Assembly (NCBI RefSeq): GCF_964194025.1
Contig: NC_134477.1
Coordinates: 7,440,001-7,504,000 of the forward strand
Length of the DNA: 64,000 nucleotides
DNA from: Convolutriloba macropyga
Lineage: Eukaryota
Direction: 5' to 3'
In this document: positions 32,789 to 45,300 of the stretch, one piece after another
Layout of the letters: every line of letters begins with the position of its first letter
Position numbering within the stretch: position 1 is the first letter of the stretch
Program-made: the position numbers and the translations under genes
Notes under the pieces: model-generated
Databases searched by the model: none
The model's input: only the letters and a program-made list of their open reading frames with translations
Told to the model about the DNA's origin: nothing

Positions 32789-35700
32789 TACGGCCGTTAC
32801 GAATGACTACGAAATATAGAAACAGTTTATTAGTGCAATTCGGTATACGAAATTGACTTCAAACCCGAATTGCATCGCAGTGAGCTGAGCCAAAACGAGA
32901 TTGGAGCAGACTCTTGAAAATGTGAGATAACTAAGTTATAAAAAATGTGCTTTTAGATGTTACTGATGAATGTATGAGTTTGTTTTTGTTGAATTTTTGA
33001 TTTTAAATAGTATTAGCGAGGAAATTGGCAGCTTTTATTTGAAATACGCAGTGAACTTGATTTCATTTTTTGTAAGCTCAAAGTAGATTTTGATCATTGT
33101 TCAAGAATCGAAACATTGACGCGACTACGATATATAATTGAATATATATAATTGATATATATATATATTTGTCCCTGAGGTAAATGTATAGTACATGACT
33201 GAGAAATTCAGCAACGAAGTTCTTGTTAAAATAACCCGACGATGTCAAATTGCCGCATATTTGTTTGTGATCTTTTACCGGTTAAAAAATAATTGCTAGT
33301 TCAATAAATTTTGACCTTTGAATTTTTATGCGAGTATCGCTTTGTATGTAAAATGAGGTAGATGAGATTCTATTTTTGCTCCGTTTATTGTAATGAACGG
33401 GATCTTTGAAAACTGTAAACCTGGGTTAGAACTATCCCTACTTTAGCTCAAAATTTTGTACCGCCTTTAGCTGAGGAAAAATGATTAGTTTGAAGTGTGA
33501 TAAGCACTCTTAACTTCGTCTTTAGTAACTTAAGAAATAATAAGACCGCCGAGAGTTAGCTGCGACTTTCAGTAACTAACGCTCTCACTCTCTCAACCAA
33601 AATTCTGAATGTTGTATACGACTTTGGTTTTCGTGTGATCTATGGTCTGAAGCTCTAGGTCACAAAAAAGGATAAATATTAATGTTAGTTAATAAAATGA
33701 GCAATTTTCCCGCTTTACTAGTCTCAGATGTGTACCAAAGGCTGACAGGCAAAATTGAATAAAATGGGGCCAAAATTTTGGTTGTTTTTTTTCTTTTTAA
33801 TAGCCGCCCTCATCTTCTCAGCCGGCTATTATTGCGCTCGTATTTTTTTTTACTTCGTCAAACTTTTTTTCGCTTTACCATTTTGCCGCTTTTTCGACAT
33901 TTTGCGTGAAATCTTTTTGACTTCTCTAGGCTAGTTTCTCTCTTCTCTCATTCTGCTAAAAGTGAATTTGAACATCAGTTGCTAAGCAAAGCAATTCAAA
34001 ATGAACAGAGTCGGTATAAAAAATTGAAGTCAGAAATAGAAACGGGATAAACCCATAAAGCCCAATTTTAGATGCCCGCTATTTGAACGTCGTTCCTATA
34101 AGTCTTAGTTACCACCTCTAATGCTTATTGGTGTTGATAGTAGCCCCTGTAGCCTCTCTCTAAGAAACAGAAGTATGTTCAACTACAAAATGCCATCAAA
34201 ATAAATCGGACTTAAAAAATATTTTTGTACAAAAATCTTTTTTTTTTTCAATATATTCTATTCGTTCAATCCCAATCATGCTTATTGGAATCAACGGCGG
34301 CTATTTTCCGGCAATCTGCCGGGTATGTTTTAGAGTTGTTCCTGATAGATCTGTCTCCGCCTGATCATTTTATTTATTTGATGATTTTATCCAATTTTAT
34401 TTTTTAACTTTGAAAAAAAAATTGCTTGTACCGGGCCAGTTCTCAGAGTTTAGTGATGTTTAGAATTCTTATTTATTGTTTGCCGACATTCGGCCTTCGT
34501 ATGCGGGTTTAATTTGGCATGCATGGGCATAAAGTTTTTTTAATTGCTCTGGACGAAGTTAGAAGCAATTATAAACGTGTGGCTCTTATGCAAAATTTTT
34601 GCTTGACCGTTTTGTTCTCGATTTTAGTTCTCGAGTTACTTCCATACGCTTGACATTTAATTTTGGCTCGAACTAAATTGCTCTTATTCATAAATAAAAT
34701 TTGCGAAATTAAAAGTTTAAGCTGTACAAAACAGCCAGGTACAGAGAAATAACACCGCAGTACAAAGCCATGAAATCCGAGTGAATAAAGAATGAGTCTA
34801 TTACGCCAGAAGTTGATTTCGCGAACGCAACTGGTTTGGAAATTTTGCACCCATAAAAAATTCTAGGCTACAGCCCCGCTCAGAATTAATTGCCCTGCCT
34901 GTCGTTTCAGAGCAAGCTTGTCCGACATTAGTCGGGCTATGTTTTTGATTTTGAAAGTTGAAAAATCAACTTGGAGTTTAAGAGCGTAGTGATTCTTTAT
35001 AATTTTAAAACGAGTTTTCGAAGTTGACAGATTATTTGCATACTTGAACTTTGAACGTATTTCGTCTCTTTACGTCTTTTGATGCCTATGACCTTAGATA
35101 AAAAACACTATCTGGAAAGAAAAGCTACCGAGAGACAAAGCGATGCAAAGGTTTTGTAGCGCAATGCGATTAGGTCTACTATGCATACTCTGTTATCCTG
35201 GCAAAAGCTGGAGAATAATTTTTCGAAATTTGTTACATAATGACATCGCGTTACAAACATTTTTTCGCATTTTGAAGACTATTGTGGCTCTGTAAAAATG
35301 CAGCCAATCTTAAATCCAAAGCTCTAGAAACTGCTACCTAAGCTAGGTAATTGTCAAGTCGTTCTACTGGAAAAAAACTTGTTGCATTGTTCACAGACTA
35401 AAATCGTGCAAATCTTTACGCGGAAAGCTTTGTTGCGTATACCTATAAAGGTATAACATAAACATAATGCTTCTCTGGAGTACAGCTGTCAGTTTTCTGT
35501 TTCTGGCAAACAATACGAACAGGTTGGAAAGAATGCTTAGATTTTCTCAGAGAAACCCATTTTGCTGAGAATTAGTTACCCTAATTTTTTCCTAATTGTC
35601 AGCAGATCAGTCTTGAGATTCTTAAACACAATAAGAACGCTTTAAAACAATTATTAAAAAAGCTTGTCTTCGTTGCAGTTTTTTTTCCAAACATCACACA

Positions 35701-35949
35701 GAAGCGAAATGTTTTATTGCTTCGCTGGGTTTTGTTGATTTCAAACTTGCTCTAGCGCCACGCACTAGTGCTTTAATTTTCTTTCTTTAATAGTCGTACA
35801 GCGATAGCGGGCTATTATTGGCATTCTCTTGGTTTTTTAAGACTTGAAGAGGAGTACTGTCTTCTATCGTTTTTTTTTACAGGAAGTAGAGTTCATGCGG
35901 CATTTGTAGCAAGCACAGGTCCTGAAGTCTCTGGAATCATTAACCTCTA

Positions 35950-37800
35950 ACTTTGAGTGGAACGGAAGTAACTATAGGCAACACTAACTAGCAGGTTTGC
36001 AATTCGATCAAGAATTTTGGGCTACGGGGACAGGTATACTACCCCATGAGGTTGTCAAATGAGTGTACGATGGACCACTACCTGCAGTCAGAGGATGCAA
36101 ATCGCATGTGAGATTATACCGGAATGTCAGCCAATATTTTACAAGGCCAGAAATATACCTCTAACTTTACAAAACAAGTTCAAAAAGAAACTCGAGTTAA
36201 AGGTGCGACAAGGCTTCTTGTAGCCATTGCAGTCTGGGGTGTTGGAAATGCGTCACCAGCAGTATGGTAGTGATAGAAAAATGAAGCTATAAGACTGTGT
36301 GGGCCTGAGAGTTCACATCAAGAGAAAAGTTATGGACTAGGATTTTCCAATCCCAGAAATGTTTCTTGGCAGCCCCGTCATTTCCTTTGCATCCCCATCT
36401 AGCTCACTTTGACATGTGTCTGATAAACCGATTTGGCCGAAGTAAGAAGCCTCAAATAGATTATGGAAAATGGTCTCCATCTTCGGTAATCTATATGGTG
36501 CTTCTTACTCTGTCCAAATCGATTTATCAGACGCTTGTCAAATTGAGCTAGACGGAGATGCGAAGGAACTGTGCACAATCAACTCATCTCAATAATTATT
36601 CAAGATGTGCAGGCTTCCTCGTGGTACGAAAAATTTTTGTCGATCTTCTAAAATTGAGCAGAATCAACTCTCAAAGGATTTGATCATCACTAAATATCTA
36701 TTGATGTTGTCTTCGTGGTCACAAAAGTCAAAATATTCTGGCTGGAAAAGAGATTTACTCTACATGCCGACAAAATTTCAAATACCTCTTTAGACCGGAC
36801 GATGAAATCCCGCAAAACTTCATTAATTAAAATCCCGAGATAGGTAATAGCGCTTATGAGACTCGATTTCAATTTGAAATACCTACACGGAGAGCAGATG
36901 TCCCACCTTGATTCTCTGAGTTGACTAGACTTTGACTGCGGTGACGATTGACCGAGTCTGTTTTGCTTGAAACAATGTCTGTTTTGTACAATCCAACCCG
37001 GTAAACCAGAAACACATAAGAACTCAGCTTGAATTGAATCAACTGTCCCATTATGTCATTGAAAGAACAAATAATGGCAGTTGGAAAGCGCTCTGAAGCA
37101 GATAAAAGATTCGAAAACTAGAAGGCTGAAAAACCATAACGGAATCATTTTTGGTGGTGTTGCGACTTTCTTTCCACTCAAACTCGGACTCCTTTTCATG
37201 GAAAATTGCCGATAAACACACAAAGAAGAGACACTTTTAGTAATTGCAGACGCGGCATCAGGTTGAGTTGAATCCTGCTCTGCAAGAAACTGAACTTCAG
37301 GCAGCAATTTTTTGTCAAGCATGTCTCTACCAAAAACGTTTTTGTAATACCAAAACGTTAGTGTCCGAAAATGGTCCCTAGTTTTTGAGTGGGGACCTGA
37401 AACTGTGCATTGGATGGTTTGGGATAAAAACGTTGGAATCACGCATCTATCATCGCTCAGCGGTTTATCCAAGCCAGCAGTTTAAACAGTGAATTGGGTC
37501 ATGCAATTCTGAATTCCAAATCTGAGTGTGTCACTTGGAGCTTTCCTACAGCGGGCTTTGATGGCCCACCAAAATACCTCAAAGACGCGGGGATAAATTT
37601 CTGTGAACTACTGCGGGGAACAAAAGAAGACCTTGAGTGGTCTCACACTTTGATTTGTGTTTGCCATTCTTCTTCATATCGAAAGACATTTCCAGCTACC
37701 TTCATTTTCTGGAAGGGAATGGAGATCTCGTTCATTCAGCCGGAGGAATCGAAAAATGCTATGCCTGTTAGTTAAAACCAAGTTTTTCAGCTGAAAACTA
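35950..37800 (+). mobile_element. Heavily decayed Ty3/Gypsy pol remnant (RT to integrase)
   Basis: Frameshifted motifs: IRLC...DFPIPE, KIDLSDA..IELDGDAKELCTINS...FKMCRLPRG, HNGIIF, LLVIADAASG, LVSENGP, ESRIYH. Confidence 0.72.
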
Positions 37801-39699
37801 AAAACATGAAGAATGAATACTTATCAGCAATCTACTGGCCAACAAGCCTACTGCTGCATTAACTGAAGGGGAGTAACCTTCGGGTGCCTTAAGAACATCC
37901 AGCGGAAAAGGAAAACAACCCGATAGATTTGGAGAACCTATCGGCACATTTTTTTAATGAAGTGTGTGATGGTTGTCAATAAAACTTAAAAAAGGATTTC
38001 TTTTGTTGAAGTTTCACAAAGCGAAACACAAACTTACCTGACGAACTCTGATCATGTGTCGGTAAATAATCGGCAAAAAGTTATACATGATTTCAGTTCT
38101 ATTTTTGTCTCTGAGTTATCAACATCTTTATGACCTACCAATCTGATGTCAAAATATTTTCTCTCAGCCTTGAACACGGAAACCTGACCTGAAACTGATT
38201 AACTCAATTTCATGAAAAATAAGAACCGAACCAAATTCTATCTCGCGGGCCAATCAAGCTAAATTATTTTTAGATTATCTAAATTTTCTTCTCATAGATA
38301 AGTAATATAGAAACGCTAAATTTTGTATTTTTGGAATTATTTTCAAATTAAAATTCAACTTAATGAGTTCTTTTGACCCGTACAGGAGACCAAATTAGTG
38401 AAAATTTGTTTATCTCATTTATTTCAGCTTATATAAAAACTCAGCTTTGCCCTGTTACCCTACTTTGCATCTTTATGCCAGGCTGACATTACAAGACAAT
38501 CAAATTCCTTTGCGAAAACATAAGAAGCAGTTTTTTTTGAAAATTTCGTGAACAACAGATTAATCGTGCAAGGCGTTTTACAATATTTGAAGAGAATATA
38601 CAAGTACTCACTTTATCACTTAGCACATAGGCGTGCAACTTTGGCGTATTTTGAAGTACTTCAGCGTTTGTGCAAAGTAATAAAGTGAGTACTTCGTTAA
38701 ATCTTCGTTAAATTGCGCAACTCATTCAAGTCAAGTATTAGTGTTAAATTTTATGCTAACGCATTGACATGGAAAAGAAGCGCCTGCAAATGAAGTCTTG
38801 CAAAACCAAGTTATTGATCAGTTTTTTGCAAAAAGTTTCCACCATCAATAATGAAATTGAATTTACAATACAATGTTTTAATTCAAAGAATGCTACTCAA
38901 TAAAAATTCTTTGGAATATGTTGGTAGCAAGCGGTTTTTACTATCAGATGGTTTTGCAGGAAAACAAGGCAATTGATTGTGTGGTTTTACTCTAGCAAAA
39001 CAAAACAAGTGAAAAGTTTGTAAATAAAACTTCTGTCAAATTGACAAGTGAAATTTCTGTCAATTGTCACAATACAAGGGAAAAAATCAGGCCGCATTCT
39101 ATTATTAGCCCCATTTCAAAAATTGACGACACTAGATGTTAGAAAATTGAGATAATGTAAATTGTGCATAAGATAAACTAGACACATCTTGACAAGAAGC
39201 TCTACTTGTTCAACGTATACTTGGCTTAAAAAATGAAGCCTCGAGGGACAAGAAAGAACATGAGAACGTTGATTAAGTTGAAATCGTCGATGTGCTTGGT
39301 TTCAAACATGCAAAACGTTGGTTTGTGATTTGAAAACAGAAGTCAGATATATTTTATTTTTATTTAACCAAAAAAAAAAAACGAGATAAAAGCCGTTTTA
39401 TCTAATTTTTGTCGATAAGTCTTGTTTCAAAGGCAGGAAATGGTCAGTATTTATGTTCAAAAGTAATATGTTAGGTTAGAGTACAACCTAATGTAAATTG
39501 TGCGGAAGATAAGTACAAAAAAATAAAAGACTAACGAGAACAATAATAGTAATAATACAAATTATTAAAAAGAATTATAATTTTAAATAAAGGACGTAAC
39601 ATTTTTGTTCATATATAATACAAGTATATTCCAGAATATTTGGTTTTAAGCATAGAAAACTAAAGAAAAGTAAAGAAGTGTTTGTTCATTTGGTTTTAG

Positions 39700-40275
39700 A
39701 ACGTGCAAAACTGTTGATTTAGTCGGCTTTCAAACGTGAAAAATTTCAGTCTGACCGGTTCTAAAAGTATGTTGGCATGTTCAGATTAAAACGCCGGAAA
39801 AGCTTGGTGCGTTCTGTTTGAAAGCTCGTCCGCTCGTTTGTTTTAAAGCGTCGAAATTTAATTGTGCATTCAATTGGAACCGTTGCAAAGTGTCGGTCGG
39901 TGCCTTCGTAAATTCTCCGTAAATCGTCATGCGTTCGGTTTCAATTGTCAAATTTGACGGTAATCTCTGTTCAAACCGCCCGTTTAAACCGGCTGAATTG
40001 TTTGAAGTTGTCGGTGTGTTTGGTTGAAACCATCAAAAATTGTCGGCGCGTTGGTTTTAAGACGTTGGAAAAGCTTGCTGCATTAGCTTTAAACCTAGTC
40101 GGGGGCGTTCGGTTTTAACCGTTGGAATTTGTCATTGAACGGTCGGAAGTCGTGTGTGCGGTCTTCGGTGTACGCTTTCGGAAACCTTCGGTGCTTTCTG
40201 TTAAAACTTCGTCTGTCGTCGATGCCTTTCGTTTAAAATGCCTAAATTTCTCGGTTTGATTGGTTTAAAACGTCT
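39700..40275. repeat. Degenerate tandem repeat, ~31-bp unit resembling GTCGGTGCGTTCGGTTTAAAACGTCGGAAAT
   Basis: Recurring GTCGGTG(C/T)GTT...TTTAAA(A/C)CG motifs in a locally CpG-rich block. Confidence 0.55.
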
Positions 40276-40984
40276 ATTAAAACGATTTACTTTGTTCTTC
40301 TGGATTAAGGATGAAGAATATTTTTACTAATTTCTGCTGAAACAGTTTTAGACATTGAGCGTGGTTGCTCCAAAAATGATAGCTATAATAAAATCCACGC
40401 TTGAGAGAACCAGCTAAATACGGTGAAAAATTTGTTATAGAGAATATTTTTTATAAGAGAAGTTCTGAATGAATGCGTCAGTTAGTGTTAGTTTTTGACC
40501 GTTTTTCCCAAGTTATCAAACAAATGATAGTTTCTAGGACTTTAGTTAGATTTTGAACTAAAGAAGCCGCTCAAAAAATGGTGGGTCAAAAATAAAATCC
40601 TTTGTCCATGGAAAACCTTTGAATACAATATCGTTCAGGAAAGTTATTTTTTATTGGTAAATTTGCCTTAACCTCATTTTAGGCTATGTTATAAAGGTAA
40701 CTTTGTTTGAGATTCTCAGTAAAAGCAATTGAATGTGAAGTCATTGTTACTGAAAATGAATTAAACAAGTTTTTTTTCAAAGACGAATGCTGCTTCCAAT
40801 CTTAATTTGGAAACGAAAACTTTATTTTTTTTCTAAACAACCTGCAATCAAAGTTTGTTTCGTGATCAGATGCTTGGGCTACTCAAAACCAGAGTGTGCT
40901 TTTTGTCCGCTTTTTTCATAGACGAAACTTTGTTAATATTGAACTAACTAAGAACAAAATATGAACAACAAAAATTTCAATTCA

Positions 40985-42349
40985 TTAAATCAAGATTTTG
41001 CTTTCTGGAATAAAGAAGTATATTTTGCGCAGTAATTTTTTGGTGAACAAGACATAACAGCAAGGAAAAAATGATATAAGAAATAAACAGCTCAGAAGTA
41101 AACAACTGTAATAATAGCCATACCTATCCATAAAAATTCCACCAACTATAATTGACCCAAACAATCTACCAGAAGCAAAACATGCATTTGACAAAGATGC
41201 GGCAATTAATTTGATGTTGCTTTCAATTCGAAAACCAACAATATAAGCTAGTTTCTCGAAAAGCAAATAAACAGACGCATAGCCGCCAGCGTTTGCGGCT
41301 CCAAGTTCGCTTAGCCATAATATTACCCAGTTTTTCGTCTCAATAGCTCTAATTGCACAGGGCAGCGATAACCCAGAAAGCCCCAAAGAACCCGCCAGAC
41401 AAGCGATGAGAAAAATCCTTCCAGCTTGTCCTCGATCTACCAGCCATCCCAAAAATGGAAAAAACATAACGTTCACTCCAAGGAATGATAAGAAATAAAA
41501 ACCAGATGAATCACCCTCAACTGAAAATTTTTCCAAAAGATAGGCGGCTAGGGCAACGTCAATAAAACCCGTAGTAGCTGAGTGGAATGCCAGCGTCAGG
41601 CCGACAGCAATAACAGCTGGTCGAGTCGCAAAATAAACAAGCGTGAACCCGGGTAATTCTGTTTCACCATCATTAGGGTCCAATAATTTAGCCTCGGCTT
41701 CTTCGTGGGTATTTGGGTCATTTAGCAATGATTTACTTCCGAAAGGTCTATCTTTTTCGACTGCCTTGTTTGGTAGAAACAAAACACATATAATTACCAT
41801 CAGAATTTGACAACAAGCTGCGAATGTAAATGGTGTGACGTACCCACCAATTGAAAATAGCAGACATCCTAAAAGAGGGCCCAACATTATTCCCAGTCCT
41901 AAAGAAGTTTCAAACAAAGTAGTTATTCTTCCAGACCACTCTGGGTAAAGAGGTACCAGCAAAGGTAGTCCAGTGGAATAAACCATAGAGGCACCTGTGC
42001 CCATTAGAACCCGAAGTAAAGTGCATAATGTAATGAAAGAAATGCCCCCTTTACTAAAACCCATAATTCCAAATAACCCATTACTCGTTGCGGACATTAA
42101 AGCGCCGATACAGAAAAAGTGTTTCTGATTTTTAGGAGAAATAAATGAAGCCAAAATAAACGCGGCGAATAAATTTGCAACGTCGAAGGATCCAGTTATA
42201 ATTCCGATGGAAGTAGTCGAAATCCCTTTGTGTTCGGCCGCTTCTGTTGGGAAAAATGGGCCGATTTGGGAATAGTTCACGCCTTCTGCTATTAGTAATG
42301 CTAGGCCCAACAGAACTGTGGCTAACTTGACAAATTCAGATTGCTTCAT
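40985..42349 (-). CDS. SLC18B1: MFS-type transporter, SLC18B1-like (454 aa, single coding exon)
   Basis: Intact ORF with ~12 hydrophobic segments and a central loop. YSQIGPFFPTEA..KG.S...IG and LRVLMGTG...ETSLGLGIMLGPLLG..L...GGYVTPF match the SLC18B1 family. There is a probable 5'UTR splice acceptor at 42430-42431. Confidence 0.85.
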   Translation of the reverse strand: MKQSEFVKLATVLLGLALLIAEGVNYSQIGPFFPTEAAEHKGISTTSIGIITGSFDVANLFAAFILASFISPKNQKHFFCIGALMSATSNGLFGIMGFSKGGISFITLCTLLRVLMGTGASMVYSTGLPLLVPLYPEWSGRITTLFETSLGLGIMLGPLLGCLLFSIGGYVTPFTFAACCQILMVIICVLFLPNKAVEKDRPFGSKSLLNDPNTHEEAEAKLLDPNDGETELPGFTLVYFATRPAVIAVGLTLAFHSATTGFIDVALAAYLLEKFSVEGDSSGFYFLSFLGVNVMFFPFLGWLVDRGQAGRIFLIACLAGSLGLSGLSLPCAIRAIETKNWVILWLSELGAANAGGYASVYLLFEKLAYIVGFRIESNIKLIAASLSNACFASGRLFGSIIVGGIFMDRYGYYYSCLLLSCLFLISFFPCCYVLFTKKLLRKIYFFIPESKILI

Positions 42350-45300
42350 AGGGCGAGAATTCTGGCTTCACAGAAACTTGACCGAATGATAAGTAGCGCT
42401 ACAAATAATAGCCAAAAATATTCCTAAATCTGCAAAATGTAATTATTAAATATCTGCATAAAGGCAGTGTTAAGTAATGATTAAAGTATTAAAAGTATTC
42501 CGACCCCCCTTAGCGCAAAGAACTGTGCTCAACTTTTTGGATCGATTGATTGATATATTTGTTGCGGAGATCAGTGAGTGGTATGGTTTGTTTTACTTTT
42601 TTCAATTTCATATGTTTTATATTTTATAACTTTTATAAAAATTTATCAGTCATTTTATACTCAAAACTTCGTCTCTCATTGGTTTTCCTCAGAGTAGGCG
42701 TATGCCTTCTTGTTTATCGTTGCGTAAACGATTGCTTTACATGTGACTAACATTTTATACCAATTGGTTTCCAAAAAGTGTTGGTTTTTAAGAATTCCAA
42801 AAATAAGCTGCGTAATTCCTCATTGAATGTTTTTTTTCTGTATAAAAACTGGCTCAATAAACTTCATCATCCTGTGCCTACTCCATAAATTTAAATTGAG
42901 AATGCAAAATCTACTCACTCAATTGATATTCAATCTAGATACTTGTAAGCTATACTTGAAAGACAGTAGAGTTTGAAATTTGATTTTAAAATTGTACACA
43001 ATTTAAGAATATTGTTTTTATGGTTTGACTAAACTTGGTGTTTTTTGTGCTTGAGAAGTTATATTAGACTTGATTGCATCATTTTAACAAATGACTCGGC
43101 TAGCTCAATTTTTTGTTCATTCTTTTGAAAAAATAACCTCTTTGGTAATTCCTTCTTTAGTATATACAGGTGTGTTTTTATGTAAGAATGTAGTGGGAAC
43201 CTAATAAGTTTTCAATTGTAAATCATAAACTACTTTATATTATTTAATCCTGATACTTTTATAATACAAGGAGGCTCGTTAATGTGCGTTCGCACATGAT
43301 GTTCCGACCCAAGCTCATCTACATTTTTGACTTAATAGTCAACCAAATTATCAGATAATCAAAAATATAGGTTTATACACCCAAACTACAAATTAAATTG
43401 CATAATTCAATGCCTCATTATAGCGCGCATGAGATCTGCCATTAAAAATGCTACGAGAAAAAAAAAGAAACAAAAAAATCAAAATAAAAATTTTACGGCA
43501 AAAACTCATTATCTAAATTCAGAAGCACCTTTTAACAACGTCAAAATGCAATCAGATAAAACGTTAGCTACACAAATTCACTCTTGCGTAACTACACAGC
43601 AGATTGGATTTTTCCTGAATGGGACTAAGTTACAAGTCGACAAAAATAAATAATCAGGCAAAATTCAATCAACATTTTTAAAAACTTTCCTTAACTTCAT
43701 ACGTCTCAAAAATCCTTAGCCTTTAACAAAATAATTCATGATAAAGTTACAAAAAGTCATGAAGAAACCGATAGAACTTGTATTTGTTAGAAAAAGCCAT
43801 TGAAACGAACTATGTTTGTAGAAAAACGAAGAAAAAAAACTGAAAATTTTTAAAAATTTTTCTACAAAAATTTGGAAACGAATAATATTATAAACTTTTA
43901 GACTAGCCGCTATAGATTGATTGCATTGAGTACCATGATTCATTCAACCCTCAATTAGCAGCTTATGAGACCTCTCAGCGTTTTACGACTACAAAATTAT
44001 AAAAAAAAAAAAGAAACAGCAAAGTAAAAAAAGAGAGAAAAGTGTCGAAGCCACTAAAAAAAAGAACTTTTCAGTAAAAACTTTCTATCTTCAATTATTA
44101 TTTAACAGCAATGAGATGCTTCTTCGTTGGAAAAAAATACTCCGAAAAATCAACAAGTATGAACAAGTATATCCAAAGCACGAAAATTTTACGAAACACG
44201 TAATATCAACAACATGAAATTAATAGGTTTCGAAGGAATCAATACGTACGCTATTTTATGCCTCGACTGGACGATTCTGATGTTTATCGACAATCATTCC
44301 TAATTCATCAATATGACATCACAATAAGTCTTATGGATATGAAAACAACAACAAATACAGGCAAACATCAAAATCTCAATAGAAATTGTCGAAGCTATTA
44401 AAACCACAAGCTTTTCTCTGAAAAAAATCTTCATGATCCATCGAACGATTTTTTGTAGCGAATGAGAACTATCACTATTACGATAATGTTATAAGATTTC
44501 AAAATGAACCAAAATAATGAGAAAAAAATATCCAAAATTTTAAAAAGTTATGAAAACTCCTGGCAAAAAAGTCATAAAACCATTAGTTAGAAGTCAAAAT
44601 TGCTATCCAGATTAATTTTGGTTGCTACAGAAAGGAAATAGGTCCTGTAATCAACGAAAATGACATACAATGCAAAAAATGGGTTTAAGATTGGTTAATG
44701 TTCAAAAAAAATCGAAAAATTATTTTTAATGTCTTAACAGCCATTAGATTGGTTCTCTTAATGCTCACTAGGAAGACTACTGAACTTTTAGTCAAATAGT
44801 CTAAGCTATAGGAATTCAAAATTTTTGGTAAAATCTTAAAAAAGAGAATCAAAACTTCATTATAAATTACGAAAAGTCAGAGTAAACAAATGAGATCCCT
44901 CAATAACAATTTTTTTGTTCACTGGGCTTCATTTGACTGTAAGTGAGATTCTTTTTTAACGGAATCTTGATATTGAAAGTGACTCGTCTATAGATGACTT
45001 TAAAAAACAAAATGCAAAACAATTTTCTAAAAAAAACAGCTCTCAAAGTGAATTCGAGTGTTATTTTCATAGTAAACTTACCCATGAGACCAATACTAGC
45101 ATTTTTGTCGCCTTTCCTCTATTAGGAATGAAGTAATGTTTCATTTAGTAGAGTGAAATCTAATCTTTAACTGATATTTTTATAGAAAAACTTGAATTTG
45201 ATCGAAAGTTAGCTAAAAGTGAACAAAATCATGCCAAATGTCCTGTGTTCACGCAAAACTTCAAACCTCGATAACTCCTCGGAAAAACCAAATTCAAAAA

